NCBI RefSeq assembly: GCF_009914755.1
Contig: NC_060945.1
From: the human T2T-CHM13v2.0 reference genome, Homo sapiens
DNA: 64,000 nt
Direction: 5' to 3' (one strand)
Position numbers and translations under genes: made by a program. This document shows positions 1 to 12,659 of this stretch, piece by piece. Below the pieces are notes generated by a model. The model was not told the DNA's origin. It searched no databases and saw only the letters and a program-made list of their open reading frames with translations. The stretch's first letter is position 1, and every line of letters begins with the position of its first letter.

Positions 1-334
1 GAGATTCCAAATTGTTATGTTATGATGTTTTCCATGGCAAGTAATAGAACCTCCCACTGAGGAGTCTGACTTTTAGTTGTGATTTTTCAGGCCTGGCTGT
101 GGGAAACTACAAGGCTGTACCTGGCAGGCCTTATGGGGAGACTCCCACTCCACACCAGACCTGGCACAGCCAGGGCAGTGGCACTCCCAGGAGGGAGCTG
201 CGGGCAAGGTATCAGGCCCCTGGCCGGCCATGCTCTTACATGCACCTGTGTTCCCAGCCCTGCACCTTCATTCCCGGGTCTCTGTGTCCATGGTCTTCTT
301 CAGGCACCTCTGCCAAGGCCTCCTTATGGGGGAA

Positions 335-691
335 TGATATAGTTTGGCTGTGTCCCCACCCAAATCTCCTCTTGAATTTTAGCCCCACAATTCCTATATG
401 TTGTGGGAGTGACCAGGTGGAGGTAATTAAATCATGAAGATGGGTCTTTCCTTTGCTGTTCTCATGATAGTTAATAAGTCTCATGAGATCTGATGGTTTT
501 ATAAAGAGGAGTTTGCCTGCACAGTTTCTCTTCTCTTGTCTGCTACCATGGGAGATGTACCTTTTACCTTCCACCATGATGGTGAGGCCTCCCCAGCCAC
601 GTGGAACTGTGATTACACTAAACCTCTTCCTTTCATAAATTGCCCAGTCTGGGGTATGTCTTTATCAGCAGTGTGAAAACAGACTAATACA
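335..691 (+). mobile_element. THE1-type MaLR solo LTR
   Basis: TGATATAGTTTGGCTGTGTCCCCACCCAAATCTC...AGACTAATACA; 5-bp TSD GGGAA (330-334 / 692-696). Confidence 0.9.
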
Positions 692-1526
692 GGGAAGGAG
701 GGAGAAACCTTGAAGATGCTTCCCTGTGACTCTGGCTCAGCACTCAGTGCTTTTTCCCACTGAGCCCTTCTCCCTTACCCCTTATCCCCAAGGTCCATAC
801 AACTCCCGGAGCCATTTTTTTGGGTCTCTGTCAACAATGAGGTGACCACATCTGCATGAATCCACTGCCCCTCCACAGGTTCCTGTTCCATGGGGGAAAA
901 TGGACAGAGGAGTTGGCACTTCCTCTGGTTTTAGCCTCTTGCTTGTACCATTGCTGTAAGTGATTACAGGCTTAACCCTCATTTTGGGCTTGTTGCTTTA
1001 ATTGGCTACTCAGACACCTGACAGCTCAGGTCTCTCTCTCAGCTCAGTGGAGCCCCTGACGCCATTCAGCTGACTTAAACAACAAGAGGAGTCACTCGGA
1101 CATGAAGTCCCTAGGCAGGGTGGACTCCAGGCATGGTACGTTAGTGCTGCGTTCTCTTTCTCCAAGGTTCTCTGTGGAGTCACCCCACTCTGTGAACTGG
1201 CTTCATCCTCAGGCAGTTAGCAAGATGACTGGCACAGTCCGAGACCCAGAGACATCCAGCAAAAGACCTGGAGCTGTCTCCTGCTCTTGGCTCTTTTTAA
1301 GAGCAAGGAAACCTTCTTCAGTGGTCCCTGGAGGTTTCCCCATGAGCGTGGTCTGTAACTTCACCACATGAATCACATTAACACACAAGAGAAATGGGAG
1401 GCAGAGTTTACCCAGCAGGGCCTCAAGTCACCACCGTCCCTAAGGGATGAACACCTGAACATAGCTGAGGCTCAATTAACAAGAATGACAGAGGGAGTGG
1501 ATTTTGGGTAACCTAACAGTACCAAC

Positions 1527-1820
1527 TGCTATGGCCCAAATGTTTGTGTCTCCCTATAAAATTGTATGTTGAAATGCTAATCCCCAAGGGATAGTATTAA
1601 GAAATGGGGCCTTTGGGAAGTGTTTAGACCATGAGGGCAGGGCCCTCTTGAATGGGATTAGTGCCCTTATAAGAAGGGCCTGAGGGAGCTTGGTTGCTCC
1701 TTCTATCAAGTGAGGATGCAGGAAGAAGGAACTTTTTGTGAAGAATGGGCCCTCACCAGATACTGAATATGCCAGCACTTTGAGGTTGGACTTCCCATGC
1801 TCCAGAACTGTTAGAACTAA
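1527..1820 (+). mobile_element. MLT1A/MST-like MaLR LTR, 3'-truncated
   Basis: TGCTATGG...GGGGCCTTTGGGAAG...GAATGGGATTAGTGCCCTTATAAGA. Confidence 0.75.
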
Positions 1821-2085
<265 letters not shown>

Positions 2086-3526
2086 AGTCCTAGCTCCTTA
2101 ATTGGGAGGGGTCAGGAGCAATCACCCCTCCCCAACCCTCTGTGCATTTGGGTCCAGTGAGGCTGCACTTCTAGCCACCCATCCCAGGGGTTGATGTGCG
2201 GTCTGGACCTGGCCAACCAGGTCCTCGTGACTGGTCTGGAACAAACACGTGTCCTCCCCTGGGCCAGAAGGAGTCAACCCTGGCACTCTTTGGAAGGGAA
2301 AATTCTCTTTCTGCTGAGAGGCCTGGGCTGGTGGTATGGGAGCCTTGTGCTGCTGGCAGAAGAGAATCAGCATCGAGGAAAGCAGAGACAAGTCAGAGTC
2401 AGACTCCCAGCAACAGCTAGTGGGCATCCGGGACCAGCCAAGCCCAATTCGCCAACAAACCCCTCCTTTTCCTTAAGCTGTTTCAGTTGGGCATCTGTCA
2501 TTTACAAGAGAAGAAATTCTTTTTAATTTATACAAGAAAATTTTATTGGGCACCAATTATGTGCCAGGAACTAGAAATACAGCAATTATCACGATGGGTG
2601 CAGCCTCTGCATCCACAGAACTTATGGTTATCTACTAGGAATTCTGATTAAGGCAAGCACTTTGTACATGCCAGGGGTTGAGTTTGAAAATGCATCATGT
2701 TTTGTATTATTCAGAATTTCTTTAACCTCCAGAAAGACAGGGGCCATGAAGCCTGTTTTGCCTGCCCCAGCAGCTAGCTCAGTACATGGCTAAGTAGGTG
2801 CTACACAAATATTTTTAAGTCAACAAATGGACTACCCTAAGAGATAAGTCTTCTTTTGCTCATGAGGAAATTGAGGTGCCTAGGTGGTATGTGAACCCAG
2901 GACTTTTAGACCCCAAACCCATGCTCCAAAATTTCATGTGATACTGTCTCATAGTTGTGTTTGCTGCATAGTTAAGGCATAGTCCTGTAGTCAGTTCACA
3001 ATGTGTAAGTCCACTGCCCTGAGCTCACTAAGGGCACAATCATCACCAAAATGATTGCTGATGATAAGCCAGCTGCGATGGTAGGTAGGACCTACCATCA
3101 CTGTTAGGTGGGACCAGGCCACCGGGACTCTGCAGGGCCATCGCCCGGGATCTTTCAGTCCACTATGTGCATTTGTCTGAGCCAGACAGACCTGCACTTG
3201 ACTCCTGTACCTACTAGCTATGCTACCTTGGGTGACTTTTTTTTTTTTTTTTTAACAATTTTGTGCCTTGGTTTCCTCATCTGTAAAGTGCAGATGATAC
3301 TACTACCCACCTTAAAGTCATGTTCATTTTTTTACTCAGGAAGCATTTCTTGAGTTCCTACCATGTCCCAGTTATGACTAGAAGATGAGAGGCAAGGAGG
3401 GTGAGTATTTGCAAAGTATGCAAGTCCCTTAGGTGGGTTCTATACATGTGAGTTTGAGAACCACTGAGTCCGAGGCTCTAGTAGGAGGGTGCGGTGAGGT
3501 TGCCCAGGCAATTTCAGGGGTCAGGG

Positions 3527-3703
3527 CAATGGTGTGCTGGGAAATGTTCGACAACTGGGTTTCCAAGGGAAAAATGTCCTGCCAGTTTCCATGGTGGAGA
3601 TGCCCCTATCCTGGCCAATTTCAAGTTGCTGAATGTGGAGTTGGGAAAAGATACTCTCCACTGGTTCTCCACAGCAGAGCCAGCCTCCTCCAGCACCAAG
3701 TGG
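3527..3703. mobile_element. MER63-like hAT DNA transposon relic
   Basis: Termini CAATGGTGTGCTGG ... CCAGCACCAAGTG. Confidence 0.45.
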
Positions 3704-5789
3704 TCCTAGGGAACTCTGAGAAGTGGTTGGCACTTTTATTGCTGGAGGGTAAAGCAAAGATTCCTTCAAGAGAGTGATAAATGGGGAAGAGTGTAGCCCC
3801 CAGAACGGCAATTAACTTGAGGCTTTACCAAGAGGTTCTGCTTAACTTGGTGCAGACTGAGATGCTGGGACAGCTGGAAGATGCAAACTGGATGATCCGT
3901 GGAGGCTGTTTGGTTCGGGTCTCAGTTTCTCTAGTTGGGTCATCTCTACATGGCTGCTTTACCAGAATCATGAGAAAGAAGTCATTGTTTTTGTTTTAAG
4001 CCACTAAGTCTTGCTGTAGTTTATCCCACAGCAACACATAACTACGGTAAGGGAGTTTCCCCCGGAACTTAGATTGTCACATCTAAGCTGTGGGCTTGTG
4101 CAAGATCAGGGTAGTCATCTACTATGTCCCAATGCTTAGACCTGTTTGCAAGAACATACTATTTTCAGAAAGAGTGGCTTATTCTCAAGCACATGGCTAT
4201 GATATTGCTTCCTAGAAAACAAAAAAAGAACTGCAGTTTTTTCCAGCAGCTTGCCAAATAATTGTGCAAAATTGAAAGATAGTAAATTTCTATATGTGTT
4301 TGTGTTCACACATACTTACCACCATGCCTAAAATAAATGAAATCAGATAATAAATTTCTCTAGTTTATCATAATCATACATCATGGCCCAGGCTGTATAT
4401 TGGACCATCCAGTTATTTCAGAAGAGTTAGTTGGAATGTATGGACGGCAAATGTTGGTGCTCAGAAGAAAGACATAATTACTATTTTCAGGTTGCCTGGT
4501 TCCCTATCCTTATAATGAGTAAGATATTTAGAATCCCGAACTGTTTATGTGACATTTCAATAAGTAATGCAGAGATTTGACAACATTTCCATATTCCTCT
4601 TTTAAAGTCTGAATGCCTCTGCCTTAATCCAAGCTCCTTGGCATTTATTACTGTTTGTTACAATAACAAGTAAGATTATGAGAATTCTAATGAAGGCTTC
4701 CAGTGAAAAACTCTGTGATTAAAATGCCATAATAACAGTTGCATGCATTTATGTGCCTGATTACCATAATCTATTTAGCACAAGTAAACATACAAACAGA
4801 AGGAGAAAAGCAAGCCCCCTGACACTTCAGCTAAAGGAGAATTTGAAATGTGGAGGAGACAATGTAAATATGTAAATGTCTTTGTGTATTCTTTTTATCT
4901 CTCTCCTTTCTCATCCTTGCCTTTTTTTTTTTTCTGTTTGCTAATGAGAAGACTATGTCATCCCATGTGGTCTCTGCTTTACCAGGCTGAGGTGCATTTG
5001 GGGCCATCTGCTGGGCCAGCATCCTAAACAATGCCACCCAGAAAGCACTGGATATATTTGCAACCACCTTTGACATCCCAGAATAGAAAAAATGGTATCT
5101 CAAAGACTACAGTCTTTGATGTGTTCACTCTGAACACTTAGTTCAGCTGTTACCCCATTAATGCAAGGCCTGGTTGAGCCTGGCCACGCGGTACCCTGTC
5201 CTTCCCCCACCACCTCCCTCCCCCGACAAACACCACATTGTCAACAAATTAAAAGCAATCATGCCAGGTTTCTAAATTAGTCTCTCTCTGTATCTCTGCT
5301 GGCTTCATTATTTTTAATTCTTAATAAAATGTCAGGCAGGAGACTGACTCGCATCTTCCACTTGGTATGAGATTTTAAAGAACTTTTTAAAATGTGGAAC
5401 TGAATACTGGAATTTTAAAGTAGGATAATGGTGACAATTTCATTTGGGAAGTAACTTAAAGAAATTGCTGGAATCCCAAACATTTTGTAGTAAGGAGACA
5501 GCATAGGCATGTTCTTTTTTCAAAGAAGGAAATAATTTCTTTAAACAGAAGCAGGCAGGTAGCTGATCTAGCCTCAATGCGGAGAGATGGACTGAGGAAA
5601 TGTACGTGAAACAAGCATGGGAGAGTTTATAGAGTATTAGAGAAATACTAAGCCTAGTAGTTTAATACAACTGAGGCCTAAAGATAGCCATGTTAGCTCT
5701 TGCTTATTAATTTTTTTTGTTTTCCAAAAACAATCTTGAGGCATGTAAAAAAAAAAAATCCTGAAATATCCATATATAGGGAGCCCTTA

Positions 5790-6015
5790 GAGTGAAATTC
5801 GTTGAGCTTTTACTATGTCCCAGGCACTGTTCTACATGCTTTCCCCATATTATCAAATTTGACACTCATAATAAATTGTAAGGAAGACACTGTTACAGAT
5901 GAGGAAACCGAGACATAGACGTTAAGTAGCTCACTCAGAATGGCATTAGTTTAATAAGTGAGGAAATCAGAATTCTAACTCAGGCAACCTCAATCCAGAG
6001 CCTGCACTCTTAAAC
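5790..6015 (-). mobile_element. MIR
   Basis: Core TTACAGATGAGGAAACCGAG. Confidence 0.65.
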
Positions 6016-7037
6016 AGAAAGCTAATTTTCAATTTTGTATTCTCCAGAGTTTAAGGATCGTATGTCTTCGTGGAAAACTATATATCCTAAGAGAAATGAT
6101 ACAGCATAGTGCCTGATACATAGTAATCCGGCAAGATATGCTGGCATTAATATGATAACAAAAATCACATTATTCACATCATTAGGAGAGACTATTGTTT
6201 CCAGTCCCACACATTTCTAACACACATTGATGTGCATTTTTCCAATTAAAATAATCTTAAAGAAAGGAGGCCAGGGGGGGTACACAAAAGTAAGAACCCG
6301 TATTGCTAAAAGCAAAACAGCCCATTGTTTGACCATCCAGCTCCGCACTTACCTGCCCATATGGTGGCTCCTGGAAGCCAGCATGCTAAGCACCATGTGT
6401 ACCAAATAATCACAGGGGTAGGTTAAAGAGACAGCCTTCCCCCTAATTTGACCAATTTAGCATTTGGGGAGTAGTCTGTCTGTGCCTATCTTGGGAATTT
6501 TTAAACAATGGGTTGAAAGAGAAATTAGGGGAGGCAGACAATATTTCGGAATCAACCTAATAAATGTGAACAGCTGCAATGCGATCATCAGCACAATACA
6601 TGATGGTTCCTTTCTCCAAGAAAATAAATGTGCGCCTCCCCGGGGGTCTGTCCTCTGCCACCCTCCTCTACTCGCAGTATGCTTTCCGCTTGCACTGATG
6701 TGCCCTTGTGCCTCCCTTCAGCCCTTGGCTTGAAGCCCTGGACTAGATCAACCAGAGAACGGGCATCCCCACTGGGTGCTCCTCCTGTGTCTCCCCTTCA
6801 ACTCATCCAAACAGAAACTCTTCCTCTTGGATTCTCCATCACAGTTGATGAGATGGGGCACCCTCATCCGTCCAGCTGCTCAGGCTTAGAAAACTAACAA
6901 AGTCCTCCACTACTCTGCACCCTCACTTGTCTATACGGAGCCATTCATCAAAGTTTGCCAATTTCACCTCCTAAAAATGTCTTCCATCCCTCCCCTCTTC
7001 TCCATGAGGGGAGTCTGCCACTGCCCAAGGTTGGAGT

Positions 7038-7427
7038 CTGCATTTGTCTGCTAGGGCTGCCATGACAAAGTAGCACAGACCGGGTGGCTTAAACAGCAGA
7101 AATGTATTGTCTCACAATTCTGGAGGCTGGAAGCCTGAGATGAAGGTGTCAGCAGGGTTGGTTTCTTCTGAGGCCTCTCTCCTTGGCTTGTGGATGGCCG
7201 TCTTCTCCATGTGTCTTCACATGGTCTCCCCTCTGTGTGTGTCTGTGTCCTAATCTCTTCCTCTTATAAGGACACTAGTCATATTAAGGGCCCACCCCAA
7301 TGACCTCATTTTAATTTAATTACATCTTTAAAGACCTATGTCCAAATACAGTCACATTCTTAGGTACTAGGAGTTAGGACTTAAACATACCAATTTGGGT
7401 CAGGGAAACACAGCTCAATCCATAACA
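7038..7427 (-). mobile_element. MLT1A/B-like LTR
   Basis: GGGCTGCCATGACAAAGTAGCACAGACCGGGTGGCTTAAACAGCAGAAAT...CCATAACA. Confidence 0.85.
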
Positions 7428-7862
7428 GGGTCCTTATCATCTCTCACCTTGACTACCATGAAACCTTGTATTTACTAAGCTTTCTACAATGATCAGATCC
7501 TGTATTTTCCATATTTCCTACCAAGGACCATGTATGACTTCTATTACCAGAAAAATACTCATCAATGAAATATTTTGAAGAAAATGGTGGTGTTCTCCTT
7601 CCAATTCAGAGACTTCTCCTTGGCCACTGTCTGTTCTGCTTTAAGCTTCTCCTTTGTCGTGTTTCTCCATGTTCCATCCCCTGGCCTCAAATCTGGGTTC
7701 TCCTCTTCTGTTTCCTTTTCTCAGGCTGGTGAGTCAGCTGGACAGTCATCTGAGTCTGGAGTTGGGGCCAACTTCTTTGGCATCACATTCCAGACAACAG
7801 AAACACTGATGAGCACAGGGCATCTGAATGGGGCCGTGAGTCATTGTTTGTAGTTTGTCAGG

Positions 7863-8287
7863 TGATATGGTTTGTATATTTGCTCCCACCAAACCTCATG
7901 TTGCAATTTGATCCTCAGTGTTGGAGGTGGAGCCTGGTGGGAGGTGTTCAGATCATGGGTCATGGGGGCAGATCCCTCATTGAATGTCTTGGTACCATCT
8001 TCTCGGTAATGAATGAGTTCTCACTCTATTGGTTCCTATGATAACCAATTGTTAAAAAAGAGCTTGGACCTCTCTCCTCCTCTCTCTTCTTCCTTCCTCT
8101 CTGGCTGTGTGATGCCTGCTCTCCTTCACCTTTTGCCGTGATTGGAAGCTTCCTGAGGCCCTCACCAGAAGCAGATGCTGGCACCACACTTCTTGTACAG
8201 CCTGCAGAACCATGAGCCAAATAAACCTCTTTCCTTCATAAATGACCCAGCCTCAGGTGTTTCTTTATAGCAACACAAACTAAGACA
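7863..8287 (+). mobile_element. MST-type MaLR solo LTR
   Basis: TGATATGGTTTG...CTAAGACA; 5-bp TSD TCAGG (7858-7862 / 8288-8292). Confidence 0.9.
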
Positions 8288-9269
8288 TCAGGGAAGAGTG
8301 AGAACTATTTTGAAATTGAAACATGGATGTATGTTCTTCAATGCACATTGTGGGTTTCATGGAATTTTATTCTAATTCTGCAACTTGGAACACTTTTGTC
8401 CACACCCCGTTCTGGGGAGGTAATGGGGCCATGGAACCCTTTCTGTGTCCATCCATATTTCAGCCCTCCAGGAGGCTTTGCCAGGCAAGTTATACCTCAC
8501 TCTGGATGAGCCTCTGGACATCAAGAGACATCAATGGTGCCAAAGCACCATACTAGATTTCAACAGAGGCAGCATGCATGGCCCTTCAGAGAATGAAGGC
8601 TGGATCCTGGTCCCTGACATAGAGACCCTAAAGCACTCTCTCATCTCACCGTTCAGAATATGTGGATCACCCCCTTGGAGAGTTCTGGCCCTCAGGAAAC
8701 TTACACCTACCATCTAAAGTTCTACACTTCTACCCTGACTCCCACACTCCATAAAACCAGGGAGATGGAGCCCCAGCTGCACTGTCTCAGTCAGGGTCCC
8801 AGCAGGAAATAGCATACCCAAGTTAGGATACTTGGAAAGGGGCTAATTGACAAAGGGACTCATTACCACAATGGAGCCAGCATGTAGAGAAGCCACAAGA
8901 GATAGTACAGGGGTCAGAAGCTAGCAGAGCCAGAGCTGTCCCCAAAGAACAATGGGAGGGAGAATTTTCCAGAACCCAGAGGAAAGAGTTGTGCAGAAAA
9001 GGCTGCCTTGGAAGTAACCATGACCTAGTACTGGGGACATAGCTAAGCTGCAGTAGACATGACAGGGAGGAAGCCAAGGAGACAAATGCCTCAGTCTCCT
9101 CCCCGCACCAGGTTGACTGAGCCCAACTGGAGGAATCCAGGAGCAGAGCGTGGGGTGGAGGCAGAGGAGAGTGAACCCACCAGAGAGGTGAGGCTGAAGG
9201 CACTCGCCTCTCCATCATCACTGAGTCTGCTGCGCTGTCTCGCCTCCAACTGGTGGCTGAGTCTTTACT

Positions 9270-9746
9270 CTGGAGGCGCTTCCTAGCATTGCCATAACAA
9301 ACTGCTACCAACTTCATAGTTTAATACATGGATATTTATTGTCTCATAGCTCTGGAGGCCAGAAGTTCAAAAGCAAGGTGTTGGCCGGAGCGCATTTCCT
9401 CTGAAGGCTTTAATGGAGAATCCTTCCTCGCTTCTTCCAGACTCTGGTGGCCTCAGGCATTCCTCGGCCTGCTGCTGCATCACCTCCATCTCTGCCCCCA
9501 TCTGGCCTTCTCCTCCTGGCTGCATCTTCTCATCTTCTGTCTGTCTCAAATCTCCCTCTGCCTTTCTCTTATAAAGACACTTGTCATTGGATTTAGGGCC
9601 TGCCTGGTAATCCAGGATGATCTCATCTCAAGATCCTTAACTTAATGACATCTGCAAAGACCCGTTGTCCAAACAAGGGCACATTCACAAGTTCTGGGGA
9701 TCTGCACATATTTTTTTTAGGGGGGTGCACCATTCAACCCAGGACA
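9270..9746 (-). mobile_element. MLT1C-like LTR
   Basis: TTGCCATAACAAA...CTCTGGAGGCCAGAAG...TAATCCAGGATGATCTCATCTCAAGATCCTTAAC. Confidence 0.8.
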
Positions 9747-9973
9747 AGGGGCAAGTCTCTTAATCCTTGGAAAACAGTCCTGGAAGGAAGCCCCACACTA
9801 TCAGAAGACCTGCTGACTCCTGCTCAAATCCATGCCCTGGACCTCCAAGGGCTCTGCACCGCCCCCAACGCCCCCCCAATCCCCGCAAAAGGAGACTCAG
9901 GTGGCAGGTCCTGCCTGAATCATTGTCAGTATAAGGGGCCTAGGGCAGTTTATGGGCCATGTCAGCTCCTAGG

Positions 9974-10200
9974 AGAAGATCTGTCCAGTGCTGAAAGTAG
10001 GGTGTTAAAGTCTCCAGCAATTGTTGTACTGGGGTATAGACCCCAGTACATCTGACTGGGGTCTATCTCTCTCTATATATAGAGAGAAATCTCTCTCTAT
10101 CTCTAATAATATTTACTTTATATCCCTGGTTGCTCCAGTGTTGGGTGCATATATATTTACAATTGTTATATCCTCTTGCTGAACTGACCCCTTTACGTTA
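9974..10200 (-). mobile_element. L1M ORF2-region fragment
   Basis: GCTCCAGTGTTGGGTGCATATATATTTACAATTGTTATATCCTCTTGCTGAA. Confidence 0.8.
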
Positions 10201-10496
10201 TGCTACCTGCCAACCCATGCCACCCACTTCACATCAGCTGTCTGCTAGGAGCTCTGCCTACGCTGTCCCTCGCTGAGACATGTTAACCTCAGCTGCCAGC
10301 CCTAGGCCCAAGACCCAATAACTATGCTGGAGGTGACGATGACCTCCCAGATCTTTTCCAGAAACATCCCCCACTGCTTCAGGGCATTCACAGCTAAAGG
10401 TATACTTGGTCAGAGCAGCTAAAGGTATACTTCCAAAGTGAATCAATAGCAGTAGGAAAACGTAGTTCCTAGCATTTAAGATAGTGGTTCCTCAGT

Positions 10497-10930
10497 GTGA
10501 CAGAGATTGCTGGGTTTTTACCCCAATATTCATTCTCCTCTATTTTTACCATTCTATTTCCTAATGGGCTCCAATTGGTGGCACCTGGCCATGCATCTAA
10601 AGACTACACTTCCCAGCCTTACTTGGCTTTAGGTGTCGCCATGTGACTAAGCACTGGCCAATGGGATGTGAGTAGAAGTGATACACGCAGCCTCTGGGCC
10701 CTACCTTAAGAGAAGGTGGTGTGCCCTCTACTTCCCCCTCTTCCCACTGTTGACTGGAATGCATACATGATGGTGGGAGTCACAGCAGCCATCAGCACAA
10801 GAGAGGAAAGGCAACACAGGATGGATGCCAATGCAACAAGATAAAAAGACACTGTGGAGCCACTGTCTGGGCTGAGGGATGCTCCATACAGGCTGTTACA
10901 TGACAGAGAAATGTTGGCACAGCTGTTAAG
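10497..10930 (+). mobile_element. Old MLT1 (J/K-like) LTR
   Basis: GACTACACTTCCCAGCC...GCCATGTGACTAAG...GGCCAATGGGATGTGAG. Confidence 0.6.
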
Positions 10931-11689
10931 CTGACATGAGGGTTCGTGGCTAAGTGATCTATCAATAAAAATACTTCCAGTGGAGGCTGCTAAGGGAGTT
11001 GGCGGGTGTGGGGGGAAACTAAGCCAGAGAGGAAGCCAAGAAAGACTGAAATCTCAGGCAAAAGTCCTGCTAAAGAGACTGGGCTTCTGACTGAACCCAC
11101 AAGGGATCTCTAGAGTAAAAATTATGCCTTGGCCCAGAGCTACAAAACCTTGCACCATCATTGCATTCAGCTCTCTCCATAGTCAGCAAAGTATCCCCAG
11201 GAGTCCACGCACAGCCCTGTGAAGATGAGTTGAAAATGTTGGCCATTGAGAGAGAAAGCACACCAAAGCCTAAAGGCATGCATGGAAAGGGTTAAAAGGG
11301 ACTGAAGCAGATGTGTCTGGACAGATGTCTTTGTTACGCTCAAAAGCATAAAACGAAAAGAAAGAGTGAAGAGGCAACCAGGACCTACAACATCTGCTAC
11401 GTAAGTTGGCCTAGGGTGAATCCTGATCACCACACCCACTTCCTGCCTGGCTTCACGAGTGACCAGAACATGCCCACTCACCCTTCCCTTACAGCATCCT
11501 CTAAAGTGAGGGATAGCCTCCTAATATTGCAATATTGTGTGAACCTGGAGTTTTGTTATGATTCTGCCCAGAGTAGCATTCAGGATTCAAACTCAGTTGA
11601 TATAACAAAGACATCTGCAGCAGACAGTTACCCCTCCAGACATCCAAAAGTCCCCACTCAGAGTTCAAAAGTCTGTTACCTTTGGTTAG

Positions 11690-12170
11690 TATTTGGTTTC
11701 AGTGCATTATAAAAACCAACATGATGGCTTTAACAAAGCAGAAGGGTTTGTTCTCTCATCTAAGAGACCAAAGCATTGGTCCCCAGCAGGTCTGGCACCC
11801 ATAGTATCAGCGACCCAGGTTCCTTCTCTTTTCATGCTCTTTTATATGTGGCCCCACAGCCAACTTATGATCCTCAATGACTCCTCCAGCCTCCACCATC
11901 ACGGAGGTTGGGGTTCTGCCTAGCTGGGAGATGAGAATGGAATGAGAAGAACATGCTGTCTCTGGAAGGATAGCTCTGGAAGTTGCCCATGCCACTTCTG
12001 TTTACTTCCTACTGGCCAGAACTTGGTCACAAAAGAGGCTGGGAAATGTAAGGAGTCTGGGATATGTAGTTTTAATTCCAGGTGGCCACATGCCAAACCA
12101 AAAAGCCTATTTCTACATAGAAAGTGGAACAGATTTGGAGGAACAATCAGCGATGTTTGCCATGCCGCCA
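11690..12170 (-). mobile_element. Old MLT1 (J/K-like) LTR; donor of the 12.9-kb patch
   Basis: CTGGCCAGAACTTGGTCAC...GCTGGGAAATGTAAGG; reverse LTR 3' end at ~11700-11830. Confidence 0.6.
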
Positions 12171-12659
12171 TATGACCAGGAAACCCTTGTGTTAATCACA
12201 TGCACTCTAACCACCTCTCAGGGCTGTGGAGGGAATCAAAGAAATTGTAATAATTGTGATCACAATTACTTCGAGCATAAAGTTTGAGAGCAGAGATGCT
12301 GCAGGACCTCAGCACCTATGACAGTTCATGGCACAGGAAAGGAGCTCAATAAACATCGATTGAATTATTTACTTAAAACATAAATATTCCTCAGCAGATA
12401 TAATGCATTGACGCACCTGGGCTGCTTTGCTCAACTCCTTGGAAAAGTCGCTGGTAAATCTTTGGAAGGATTGGAAATGGTTCCAGATGTTGAAATCATT
12501 TGTAATTTGTAGCATTGATGTTTTGAGGAGGGAAGTGACACTTTATTATTCTCCCCTGTAGCGCCACCGTGGTCAGTCTCGTCACCTATTCTGACATCCA
12601 AATTAGAAATCATCTTTTCCCTGGACTCAGGAAAATAAAAGTTGAGCATTTAAATTAGC

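Noticed and set aside
12308-12327. RE1/REST-like CTCAGCACCTATGACAG (and a half site at ~60874)
   Set aside because: Core GG mismatch, and it lies in an L2-like 3' end; the second is a left half only
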